A DNA stretch of 64,000 nucleotides, taken from positions 62,001 to 126,000 of the forward strand of contig CAUYUJ010000336.1 of NCBI GenBank assembly GCA_963575745.1. Reading direction: 5' to 3'. Positions 45,701 to 56,000 of the stretch are shown one piece after another. The position numbers were made by a program, and so were the translations under genes. The DNA comes from Prorocentrum cordatum (Eukaryota). The notes beneath the pieces were generated by a model. That model made no database searches. It was not told the DNA's origin and saw only the letters and a program-made list of their open reading frames with translations. Positions within the stretch are counted from its first letter, which is position 1. Each line of letters starts with the position of its first letter.

Positions 45701-47062
45701 CTTCAATATCTCATTCGCAACTATTTTCGCATTGAAAACGTGGTTGCTGTACGACTTGCTAAGAGCCTGACTAAGTTGCCTGCTGCACCATATGCAGACA
45801 GCTGTACACTAGTGCACTATGATAACGATGTGACCCCTGGCTTTCATTATTATGAAGCTGATGGCACTGCCTTGAACATCTACGACATCACAGGGTCTAC
45901 ACATTCACGCATCATCCAGTGTCTTAAATCCAAGAAGCCGCTTGCTGGATTCGACCGAGACCTCACTAAGTTTGAGGAACTCGCTGATGGTTCACCACCA
46001 AGCGAGCCACCTCCAGCAGCTGCTCCTGAGCAGCTTCCTGCGGCGAATGATGGTCGGCTCCCGACCATCATAGAGGAAACAGAAGAGGATCTGGATGTCT
46101 TTGTCTTGGAGTCATGGTATGCTGAACTGATGGATGACAGAACACTCCTTGAAGCTGACACAGAAGAAGTCATGCACACAGTTCCGACATACATGACAGA
46201 CTCACAGTGCGTGTTGGTCTCTACGACCTGTTCAGATGTGCAAGGCCACTCGCCGGTGCGGGGTCACCCGCCAGGATACGACATGGACACCTCTTACTGC
46301 GTCCCTCTGTGCTCCACTGATCCGGACAGCCACTATGATCTGGACTCCGACGAGCACGGGAAGTACATCGAGCTTTGCTTCGCAGCAGACATGTCCAAAG
46401 TCGTCCTGTCCGAGCAGCAACACCGATTGTTGGGTGACAGCAGCGTCGCAACTATGCGAGTATATGTTAATGCTGCCTCCAAACGTGCCGTGGTCGTCAA
46501 AGAAGACGACCTACTCACGAAGGCCGACATTCAAGCGAATCCGGTCAACGTTTCCAAAGCCTTTTACACAGAATTGAAGACTTGGCTTGACAACAAATGC
46601 TTCCAGATGACTGACTTGAGCAAAGCGTCGAACATCATGACTTCACGCTATGTATACAAATGGAAGTTTGTCAAGAACGAGAAGGGCGAAATGGAACGGA
46701 CGATCAGGTTACGCTTGGTACTTCGTGGCTTCATGGACATTGAAGCCTTCGATGCCGAAACCTTCTCTGGCACGGCAAGGAGGTCAAACCAGAGATTGCT
46801 CGCAAGTTCTGCTGCATGCAACAAAGCTTGGATCATCGCTTCCCTGGACATCAACATGGCTTTCTTGAAGGGACTGACCTATGGCGAGCTCGCCGCGGCA
46901 ACTGGCGAGAAAGAGCGTGTGGTGTGCTTCACACTACCTCCTGGGTCAGCAGCTGTCCTTCGCACATTGCCAGGCTTTGAGTCATATGACGAATCAAAGC
47001 ATTGTCTTCGGTGCCTCAAGCCGGGGGCTGGCACGAAGGATGCTCCCAGGGCTTCTCGCTGA
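42719..47062 (+). CDS. pol: Pol segment: C5 DNA methyltransferase-like domain - zinc fingers - integrase - RT N-terminal half
   Basis: ELCGGKGG, QPSC, REQP, DQC..GL..RKPT; H-x4-H...CDSC; ECDLF/YSDGEG/IEARN (DDE); SRYVYKWK, RLVLRGF, LDINMAFL, GTKDAP. Confidence 0.9.
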   Translation: MTIGLLPLSIERCQTRPTNFSEIPPFPDLTADPSAADLSAETALPTDARIKQKEKQKADKEAGIKPKKIPKKVEDGNDDCGEDLKGLDCSTYFNDVPLDDSDSDSESEDIFMMLPAGQPADSHADVFSVVQSLCYGRNNQVDMLELCGGKGGISILAFKRGLSSGGNLDKISMVDLGNSEVQRAVLHYLKTCFVKITILQPSCRTTGLPSYFNAQVNHDTWLKHHKEDLPHITFCGTVALLQDDLRRFFLREQPMGTWVDEIQPWKELAQRKVTCQTIIDQCTTGLKDSFGQYIRKPTQMMANKEELLAPFRGKRCPGNHVHANACNKELARAAQYTYRMQSLIVDAVQIARDLFAYGRDPFANRERSYAFVTNSAGYDLDDPTIQRHSNGEILRPPSGGLGCPGCADNNYKQSPRHSRNPKMCRWYDVEPYYWDCPSCKKEYQKSNPHHAKISGQCRFAEKWKLPDNFGQPRPAGQAAPAAPAAEAAPAANAAPAAKARIRAPRPPRPGEGDPTAGASSHDITKAKGAYGDTTGAGSSDDHRRLPQVAARRGRMEGGDPPPPPQPHAEPRPRPRLPDWTRFDVQLSLQNLRSFDPAVVQRELRKLHLRWFHAKEPKMRMILAKVGLGETRLSLIKGICDSCRECRAWEKPGNTAMPSVSLPGCFNEEVECDLFFHKQEHIVFHIIDRCIRWAAGTEIPDKTMHAVLDAYHTTWMQHGPAKILYSDGEGALNNDTAKAILKSKGTELRIRARGQHATTIEARNGILRHLIHVMGEELNRLNIPLNFTRLLHEALFASNAFTFYNEVSPYNALYGRQPAMLPDFPVLDHDQSAESSDHSKEETIRRVSLEAITQATAVAKTNRALRTKTTATGEFHYKEGDLVDYHRPTTTKDDWGGWSGPYPVIRNEPDRGQVIVKVGNREVRVQYPDSRHTLYIEALMVREIGSDNTALRTVLAFIAGLPAGKPAMTFGYLPAKQGRLQMTAASRLSPKVHLALQYLIRNYFRIENVVAVRLAKSLTKLPAAPYADSCTLVHYDNDVTPGFHYYEADGTALNIYDITGSTHSRIIQCLKSKKPLAGFDRDLTKFEELADGSPPSEPPPAAAPEQLPAANDGRLPTIIEETEEDLDVFVLESWYAELMDDRTLLEADTEEVMHTVPTYMTDSQCVLVSTTCSDVQGHSPVRGHPPGYDMDTSYCVPLCSTDPDSHYDLDSDEHGKYIELCFAADMSKVVLSEQQHRLLGDSSVATMRVYVNAASKRAVVVKEDDLLTKADIQANPVNVSKAFYTELKTWLDNKCFQMTDLSKASNIMTSRYVYKWKFVKNEKGEMERTIRLRLVLRGFMDIEAFDAETFSGTARRSNQRLLASSAACNKAWIIASLDINMAFLKGLTYGELAAATGEKERVVCFTLPPGSAAVLRTLPGFESYDESKHCLRCLKPGAGTKDAPRASR
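43136..43765 (+). CDS. Cytosine-5 DNA methyltransferase-like domain
   Basis: Motif I (MLELCGGKGG), III (VDL), IV (QPSC with Cys), VI (LREQP), VIII (DQC...IRKPT), X (AAQYT..M...IV). Confidence 0.8.
44525..45500 (+). CDS. Integrase (HHCC, DDE core, SH3-like tail)
   Basis: LHLRWFHA...CDSCREC; VECDLF; YSDGEG; IEARNG; YKEGDLVDYHR..WSGPYPV. Confidence 0.9.
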
Positions 47063-48275
47063 AGCTTCCATCACCAGGAGCTTTGGACTACAGCCTACTT
47101 CATACGATGAAGAGTTCGAGATGAGTTCAAACCTCTTGACAGCCAAACACGTTGATGACATCAATATGACTGGGAAGGAAGATTCCATTGACAAGTACGT
47201 CAAATGTGTTGAAGATACGTTTGGAAAGTGCAAACTGAACAAGCACACATACACAAATTGTGCCGTTCGGTACAACAAGACCGATGATGGGAGCGTCACT
47301 CTTGATCAGGACGAATACATCAAACAACTTCGTCCTATCACACATCCAGAGCTCACAGGCGCTGATCCTGAGAGCAAAGCGACAAAGACGATTTCTGATA
47401 TGTTCGTCAGTCTTCGTGGCGCTCTAGCCTATGCGTTGATCACGCAGGTATGGCTGATGGTCTATGTTGTTTCACTGCAACGTATCCAGGAACCGACAAA
47501 CATCCAGGTACGACGACTGAACGCGGTTACCAGGAAATTGCAGGCAGGTCCGAAGAAGATCGTGTATCAAGCTATGACTCCAACAGGAGAGGTCGACCTG
47601 CATAGCGATTCTGGCTATCGTCGTCTCAACGGAGATGAAGACGACGAAGTCAAAGGCTACGGTATCCGCGGGGCTAACCTGCTGAGGCGTGGCCACACGC
47701 AAGCGGGGAAACCCGTCGTGCACCTGGTGGACGCATACTGCAAGTCTCATCGACTGCAGGTGCGTTCGAGCTACTCTGCGGAAACACTGGCAGCAGCCCA
47801 CAACTTGGAAGACTGCTACCCGACCATTGTAACGCTCCACGAGCTACACTCGGGACCATTGACCCCCACACAGTTGAAGAACATATTGGAACTGGGTGGT
47901 CTATGTATCAAAGTCACTCTGACTATTGATGCCGAGTCTGTCTTCAAGTCTTTGTCTAGCAAAGATCTGAAGAAGCCCACATAATGCACTCTGCTTGGGC
48001 ACATCAGCTGGATCCGCCAGATGATGGAGCGCGGAATCGTTGAAAGCGTCCAATGGTGTGACACGCGGGATATGACTGCCGATGGTCATACCAAAGGTAG
48101 TATTGACCGCGCGTTGCTCCTACAGGTAATGGCCGGTCAGCAATCCTTCAAGCACGAGCTGAAGAAACATACTCCGTATAGGGCGGGCAGGTCGTCTCAG
48201 GACGGCCCTGCCTCCCGAGCTAGCGGGGAAACCCGCGCGCAGGTGCGCTTTAGTAGCGAGGAAACTCGCCGGTAG
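47050..48275 (+). pseudogene. pol: RT C-terminal half and Copia-type RNase H (frameshifted, one internal TAA)
   Basis: KHVDDI, LDQDEYI, HSDSGY, RSSYSAETLA, IDAESV, DMTADGHTKG. Frameshift at ~47055-47070 and TAA at 47982-47984. Confidence 0.9.
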
Positions 48276-48380
48276 CGAGGCTACTCGCGCGCCCTTGCCT
48301 TGTAGGCAGCCGCTGTTGCCTAGCACTGTTTTTTCCGCGTAATGTAGAAATTCGGTGCTTGCTCGTCTCCTCCCCCTCCA

Positions 48381-48664
48381 ACTTTAAACGGAGAGGGTTA
48401 AAGGCGAGATGTAAATCGAGCGTGCACCGCTGCCGTGCCTGGCTCAAGCCGGGCCCGGCCAAACATGTGATTGTGCCTCACCGAGGCGCACTGCTCGCAT
48501 CTGAGATCGGAAAAGACCTTTCTATTGAAGATGCCCCTTCTATCCTTTACTCCAGATCCCATGCTTCATCTTGCTCTCTTGCTCATGCGGTATGAGCCAA
48601 AGCCTGGGATATGGGAGCGCCTAAGGCGGAACATATATCTCGGCTTACCAGTGCGTTTTCGACT
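48381..48664 (+). repeat. 3' LTR
   Basis: 284-bp copy of 32166-32449, followed by CCAAG. Confidence 0.95.
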
Positions 48665-49229
48665 CCAAGATGCACCCAAGACGGCCTAAGATGGCATAAA
48701 GATGGCCCAAGACTGCCCAAGAGGCCCCCAAGAGCCCCCCAAGACGCCTCCGAGAGGTCCTCCTGGAGGGCCCGAAGAGGCCATGTTTGTGGGGACCACG
48801 GTATTGCTTCGATTGCCTTGGTCAGTCGTTTCTCATCTTGCGATCTCCGCAACCGTTATGCTCTCAAGCTTCAGCGCGCTGAGGGCCCGCTGCCGGATGG
48901 TGGTGGCGGCCCTCGGCGCGGCCCTGGCAGAGGCTGGGCCCGGCGTGCTGCGCGAGCTGGCGCGCGGGGCGGAGGCGGAGGCGGCGCGAGAAACTCGGGC
49001 CGGGCGCGCGCGCCACGCCCCGACTGCCGCCCTCCGCCCTGTCCAGCCTGCCCGGGCTGACCGCCGCCGTTGTCTTGCCCCGGCCCGGCAGGCTTGGAGG
49101 CGGGGTCGCTGGCCAGGGCCAGGGAGGCAGCGTCGCAGGAGGGGGGGCTTCCATGGCGTGGCCTCCCTGGCTGGCGCCGGTGCTGTTGGCGATCCCGCTG
49201 GGCGCGGGAGCGCCGCTCCCTCGGCGTCC

Positions 49230-52032
49230 CCTTCTGCCGGTGGCCGCCCGTGGACATGTCGACTTACGCCTGCTGGTGAGGTTCGAGTGCGACGAGTGGA
49301 CGCGCGAACGGCTCTTGCTCTGGCCTGTCCGCCGGGACCGGCGACACGAATGCTTGGTGGTGGAGACGCCCGACGGTGATCGCTATGTGGAGCGGAAGGC
49401 AGACTAGCGCTGGCACGTCTTGCTGCTGCGCGGGTGGCCCGAAGGCTTCCGCGGCGACGTCGCCAGGTTCCGAGGGGAGCTCTCGCGCGAGGTGCTCCGC
49501 CAGATGGTGTTGGAGGGCCGTGAGCTCGCGCGCGAGGAGCGCCGCTGGCGCCGCTTGCCCGCGGGGCCGGGCGCCCACCTCGGGGAGGAGCCGAGCACGA
49601 TGGTGGACTTGCGCGGGGACGAGTGCGGCCTGGACATTGGGGTGCTCGAAGGCGCGCGGCGGCGGCTCAGGGGCAAGCGAGATCTCGCTAGCGCCCCGCG
49701 GGCCCCCGAGACTCCAGGCGACGAGGAGGCGACGCGCCCGGCCTTGGGCCCACCCCGCTGGAGGACGCCGAGACGATGCTGTTGGTAGCTGCGCGCGGGA
49801 GGCGGTCTGCAGCTCGGCGATGAGGTGTCGCCGACCTCTGGCGACGTCGCGGCGGGGTTGAAGGCGACCGGCAGCCGCCCTGATGGGCGCCCCGTGCTGC
49901 GCGAGCGGGTCTCGGTCGGCGACGTGTCCGCCCGGCGCGCCGAGGCGGTAGCCAACGCTGGCCAGGCATACCGGAGAAGCTTTTAAGAGCCCCCCCCCCC
50001 CCCCCCCCGGCGCAACGCTAACCTTTTCCGCACCCTGGAAGCGCTATCCCGGCACCAGGAGGGGGTTCATATTGTTGTTCTTTAGCTTTTCCTTGGTTTG
50101 CTCAGCTTTTCTTTGGTTTCCCTCACTTGTCATTGGTTGTCTTAGTTTTTCATGTGTTGCCTCAGCTTTTCTATAGTTTTTTGGTTTTCCTGAGTGTTTT
50201 TCACTTGTGCCATTGGCTTTCGTAGCTTTTCTTTTGTTGTCTTAGTTTTGCCTTGGCTGTCTTAGCTTTTCTTTTTGTTTCAATTTTCCCTTGGTTGTCT
50301 TAGCTTGTCCTTGGTTTTCTTAGCCATTCAAAGGTTTTCCTTGGCTCAATTATCATCAGAATTATTCGTAGTTCGATTTCCACTGCGACCGATTCATACT
50401 TTGGCTCGGGGATTTTGTTTGGGGGCCTGCCGGGCGCCAAGATAGCGCCTCGGCGCGGGGCGGGGGCGACGCCCAGGGGCGGGCCGCTCCCTGCGACGGC
50501 CGCAGAAAATCAATGTCCCGAAGGGGATTGTAATCGACATCTAATCGACAAATCCTCGCATGGAATTCTTCGCATTCCTGGGAATCTCCTCGGAGACTTT
50601 GGAGGGGCTCCCTAACATTTCTTGAACCAGTCCCTGGCTAGACTTTCCATAGCTTTCCATAGACTTCCAAGGACGTGCTAGGGGTCCCTATCATGTCCGA
50701 GGATTCCACGGACTCACAGTACTTCTTTAAATTGTTTGCATGTTCTTAGCGTTGCTTAGGACATTCGCACCATTCCCTAGGATGTGCCGCTGCATTTCCT
50801 TAGCATCCATTGGCAGTTCCTTCGCATGTCTTGTTGGGCTTTCTCGCGTTCCCTCGGAATTCCCAGCATTCCCTAGGATGCCGCAGGGATCTCGACCCAG
50901 ATCCCTTGGGATTCCCAGCATTCCTCAGCATTCCCTCGGAATTCTTAAATGGATTTTTTTGGATTCTTAGAATGTCCTCGGAACCCCTCGCATTCTCTCG
51001 GGATTCTTCGCGCTCCGTAGAATTCTCTAGGGGTTCCACCCAGATCCGCAGCATTCCATGGGGGCCAGAACGACTGCAGCCCTCAGCACAATCTTTGACA
51101 TTCCTTGCGACTTCCTCTGTTGGCCCCGCGGGGGCCGCCACGGATTTGTTTGTTGGTTGCGTTTTTGCGCGCGGTGCTGAAAATCGCTCAGCGGAAATGC
51201 CCCCGCGGAATATTGATTGAGATTGCGGCGTTAAGAGAGCGCCGGGGGGGTTCGCAAAAGTTTCTGCGGGTTGGCTGAGCGGGCGGCTCTGGCCGATGCA
51301 TCGCCGCCCGCCGCCGAGGCCCCCCCCGACCTCCGCGACGTGACCCGCGCGGAGGCCACCGCAGTAGGAGGCGCTGACGCGCCTCGAGGGGGCGGCGAAA
51401 CCGCCGGCGGCGAGGACGCCCGAACGCTCTCGGTCGAGTGGAACGAGCAAGGGGCAATATTCAAGGAGCGGCGCCGAGCTGTGGGAGAGAGCTGCGAGGA
51501 GGCACTGGGCGGCCGCGAGCTTCGCGGCGCCGGCGCAGCGCTTCACTTGTTCCGGCGGTTCACGCAGCACGGCGGAGATCCGAAGACGTCGATGTCAAAT
51601 GTATGCCGGGAGTGCGGCATCAGCCAGCGTGATCGCACGTGGCACGAGCTGAACTGCTTGGTCGCCGTCTTCTGGCTGGCGGGGACCTTCGACGCGGTGA
51701 ACCTCGGCGGGCCGGCGGGCCTGGAGGTGGCGGCTCAGCGCGCGGCGCAGATCACCGAAGCGCGTCTTGTCGCGCCTGGGCAGCCGGCTACTCGGGGGGC
51801 GGGCCGCTTCCTCACTGGCGCCAGCGACCATTTCGACGTGGCGTCGCCCGAGCCGCGGAGTTTCGCGAGCCGCGCGGCCCGCGACGAGGCAGACCGCCTG
51901 GCGGCGCTCGGGCGCGGCCGCACACTGGAAGCAGGCGGGCGCGGCGCCGGGGGCAGTGACGACGTGGCTGGCGCGCTGGAAGCTGGGGAGCTCCCTCGCG
52001 CGGGCGCAGAGGATAAGGCGGAGCCTGCGTAA
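49230..52032 (+). pseudogene. Interrupted remnant of a retroelement ORF1/Gag-like gene (probably DIRS-type)
   Basis: WTRERLLLWPV..VVETPDGDRYVE (49300-49400) and DARTLSV...HEL...FDAVNLG..GLEVAAQR (51271..52032), split by an insertion at 49971-51269. Family assignment is from recall. Confidence 0.5.
49971..51269. mobile_element. Non-autonomous TIR (MITE-like) element
   Basis: Left end CCGGAGAAGCTTTT..CCCCCCGGCGC versus reverse complement of the right end CCGCAGAAACTTTT..CCCCCCCGGCGC. Internal T-rich and GGATTCC repeats. No clear TSD. Confidence 0.55.
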
Positions 52033-52697
52033 TTGAAGGGCGCGGCGCGTTCGGCGTGCAGCGGCCAGGGGCCAGGGCCCGGTTTCGACGCTGCCGGAGC
52101 TCATCCACCAGAAGCTCGCCGAACTCGGTGAGAAGCACGCCGATCATATTCGCGCGAGTGAGGCCGCGCCGACGCAGGCTCCAATCCTCGAGGGAGATCC
52201 TGGGCTCGGGGTCGACCGAGGACTTCGGCGCCTCAAGACCGGGGCGTGGAGGGGGGGGGCGTCGGCTGGGGCGCGCGCGCGCAGTTCCAGTGCGTCCACT
52301 GCGCGGATCAGCCTCGCTCTCGGGATATATCGGAGACTGCCCCGTGGCGCGCGCCCCAGAAGCGAGCGGCGGGAGCTCGGCGAAGTCGTGCCTGCGGCGC
52401 ATTCCCCGGCGCCCCCCCGGCGCGGAGTCGCCGTCGGGGCGGCGGCGCCGACGGCGGCGAACTCCTCGCCGAGGCTGCAGCGGCATGCAGGGCCAGTTCG
52501 GGGTCGTCGGCATCCGCGGGTCGCCCCGCCCCTGAGTCTGCGGCGATCGCTCCGTGGCGCGAGTGGGGTCGCGGCGCCGACGACGGTGCCGCCCGCGTTG
52601 AGCGCCGCAACGGCACGCAGTGCCAGTTCGGGGTTGTCGGCGTCGTCGGGCCGCCCCACCCTTGGGATAGTGGAGACCGCCCTGAGGCGCGAGCCCC

Positions 52698-52699
<2 letters not shown>

Positions 52700-52763
<64 letters not shown>

Positions 52764-52764
52764 G

Positions 52765-52811
<47 letters not shown>
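52700..52811. repeat. (GA)n microsatellite
   Basis: Read directly from the sequence. Confidence 0.95.
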
Positions 52812-52815
<4 letters not shown>

Positions 52816-53019
52816 GGCGTCCTAGTAGTGCTCTGCCTGTAGCTCATTCCCTGGCGACCTCGCGGCGCGGAATCGCCCGGGGGGCGGAGGCGCCGACGGC
52901 GGCCTTCGGCTTCGATTTCAGCGGCCGCAGAGGGGCAGCGCGGGCCGGGCCCGCGACGGCGCGCCCAGACATGTGTTCACGCGTGGACGCCAGCGGCAAA
53001 ATCGCCGGGTGCCGAGGCA

Positions 53020-56000
53020 AAGGGGTCCTTGCCACGGCCAACATTACGTCGCGCGGGTCGTTGGGTAATTGTCTGGCGCCCAAACTTGGACATGCAGTGT
53101 TGGGCACTCAAGAGCATCGCGTCACGGTCGACGGGCTGGACCGAGCGCAGTCGAGGCTCCGCGACCCCGGGCGCCGCGGCATATGGGCGCCAGCGCTGGC
53201 CACAGGCAATGGCGACGGCAATTGGAGGTGTGGCGGTTGTCTGTAGGAACAACCTGTCGATTGCGAGCCCGCCTGGAGTTGCGCCCCCCCCCGTTCCAGG
53301 AGGTGATGGGTTCAGCGCAGCGCGCGCATGCATCGTTTTCACATCTATCCACTCGCGGCCAAGTGCGGGGCGCAGCCCAGAGAACGAGGCCACCTTGAGC
53401 ATGCCATTTCAGCGCGTCCACGCCATCAAGTACCCAGGCATGGACTGGGTGGCGCTGGGGGGGTCCAATCTGTCGGCGGAAGAGCGCGGAGCGGACTGGG
53501 CCCATTCACTGGGTCGCGTTGTCGCGAGTGCGACGGCCGCCGCGCGCAGGCAAGGCGAAGAGAGTTCGCCATTGATTTCGCCTTCGTTGCAGCGAGCCTG
53601 GCCACCAGGCTAGGGGTACCAGGGGCAGGCATGCAGGAGCGGCCCCGCGGCGCCCCGTCGCGCTCCGGCCCATGGTGGAGGGCGTTGGCCCCGCGCTGTG
53701 CCGAGCGCCAAGTGGGGCCCAAGGCCATCGGCGCGACGCGGCCGATAGGGCGCGGGCGGCCGCCGAGGGATTGGCAGAGGGCGCAGCTGCTCATCCGCGG
53801 CGCAGTCGACCAGGGCATCTTGCAGGTAGGTTGGGGCCGATGCGTTGCAAGAGTCGGGGAAAAAGTTGCTCGATCGATGGGGCGTCGTCGGCGCGCATCG
53901 GAAGTGTCGCTTGGGGGGGGGGGGGGGGGGCAGGCGAGTTGCAGACCAAGCGGGTGGCTCGGCAGTGGAAGCTGCCGCGCGTCCGACTGCAGCAGAGCGA
54001 CGGTGCCCGCGCGTGGAACATCGTTGCTAGGCGGGCCGCGCATTTGTTCTTCATGCGAAGCCTGCTGCAGCTGCAGCCAAAGATCCAGCTGCTCCATTCG
54101 TTCAATGATGCTGGCGACTTGTCTGGTCCACTGTGCGACGCGGTGCTGGCATCTTCCGTTGAGGTGTATTTTTGTTGTGCGCAGGCCCAAGGGGGGCCGC
54201 GCTCAAGCGGCTGCCCGCATGGGCGCAAACGCGTTTATGCCCAGGCCTGGCGGCGTTCAGTTTCGCTGAGTTCGACGCCGAGCCCAGCTCCCATCTGACC
54301 CAGAGCCGCGAGCAGATGAATTCATTTGGACCCGAGTGCACGGAACACGCGATGGATGCAGTAGGCACAGCAGGCATTCGTCGTAAGTGGCGCGGGCGAG
54401 GCGCGCAGACGGCCAAGTTTGTGGCGTCGCTGGAAGCTGTTAAGCTACACCGCAGGGAGCTAGACCGCCCTTGCCAATTGGCGGAGCGGGAGCTGGAGAT
54501 TGTGAAGCAGGCTTGGATTTGCCACGATGTTGACCCGCCTCTGCTTCCGCCCGACAGCGACAGCCAGGGGGAGTTGTTCGAAGTGACAGGGCCTGCGCCG
54601 CGCAGGGCAGCTGCTTCCGTCAGCGCGCGTACGGCGTCAGGCCCAACGCGCCTCGCCCGGCGCGCAGTTTGCCAGCGCCCGCACGAGGGTCTAGACACGG
54701 TCGCAGCATTGTCCAACAAGTGCGATGCATTATCACGTGGCCTGGCGGTGGACACCAATGGGCTCGTGCGCCCGCCCGCTGAGAGTGGAGGATCCTGACG
54801 CGCCGCCTCGGCGCGTTCGCTGCTGCGGCCATGGGCGAGTTTGCGGGCCCCGCTCCGCCGCTTCCGCGGCTCTGGCTCAAGACAGCCGGCGTCCCAGACA
54901 TATGGGGCAGGGAGTGGGTGTCAGGGGGGGCCCTCGTCGGCATCGGCCATCTCGCGCAACGTTGGGGCTCGGATCTGGGCCCTTCCGGGCGAGAAGTTCA
55001 TCGCGGCCGCTCCAGATGCGCGCGAGTTCTTCGAGCGCGTGAACCCGCGCGCATTCGGGGCGGCGCGGGGGGCGCGTTCGCAGGTTGCTCGCGCGCTTGA
55101 CCACGCTGCTCACGTTGTTCGGGAGCAGGGGGGCCAGGAGGTTGGCTCTCCACAGCGCGAGGCCCCGTGTACTGATGAACGACTTTACGAGTCAGTGGAT
55201 TGGTGGCAGCATGTCAAAATAGGGCAAGCTCTTCGAAGCAGGTGGAGAATCCGCGGGGCATGCGGGTGGCTCGGGACTGGATCCCCATATCGAAAAGTCC
55301 TGTGTCTCGGCCGCCCGTCCGAAGGCCGGTCGCTACGTCGACCGCCCTGTTAAGGAGTTGGGTATTCCAATCCAGTCATCCACGAGAAATTTTGGCCACG
55401 AGTTGTTGAGGACTGGCTGGCGCCAGCACCTGGCCAAGGCGAGGTTCGCGAATTTGAAAAAAGAGATTCGCCAGGGCTCGGGGCCTCATGGGGGCCGCCG
55501 GCACCGATGCCTCGGAGATCTGGACGTCTGGGATCCTGAGCGCGGCCGACCACTGTGCCGCGGCGAGGGGGCCCCCCGATGAGGGCCCCGTGCCTTCGGG
55601 CAGGCTGCGGGGGCCCTCTTGGCTCGCGGCTTATTTGGCCATCCAAATGGGGCCCCTTTTCATGATCCAATTTACGATGCCACGCTTGCGCCAGTAGTCG
55701 CGCGTGAGGAGGTTGGGCCACCATCGGCCCGGGCAGATTTGCGCGGGCCTGTAGGGCCTTGGAGCAATGTTCGTGGTCGGCAAAGCCGCCTGGGCACAGG
55801 CCAGAGAGCCTCACTCGGCGGTTTGGGTGTCACTCGCTAGGGTCCATGTGATCATGCGGTCATCGGTGATGCTGGAACTGGAAGATGACCGTGGCCAGGT
55901 TTTTCTTGCTCGCTGTTTCTCCATCCGAGGTCCAAGAGCCAGTTGGGGCCGACGTTCAGCGGTGGCAGTGCAAGCGGCTGCTCGAACGCCGCGAGAATAT

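Larger units (their letters stand above)
32166..48664 (+). mobile_element. Giant (16,499 bp) Ty1/Copia-order LTR retrotransposon with Tpt1, RING and DNMT-like cargo
   Basis: 284-bp direct repeats at both ends, CCAAG duplicated at 32161-32165 and 48665-48669, PBS, and domain order Gag-PR-IN-RT-RH. Confidence 0.96.

Noticed and set aside
48471..48689. Duplicate of the gag N-terminal ORF
   Set aside because: Simply the 3' LTR copy.
50330..50350. TAGCCATT...TTGGCTCAA spliced-leader resemblance
   Set aside because: The halves are wrongly spaced and arise from the local T-rich repeat.
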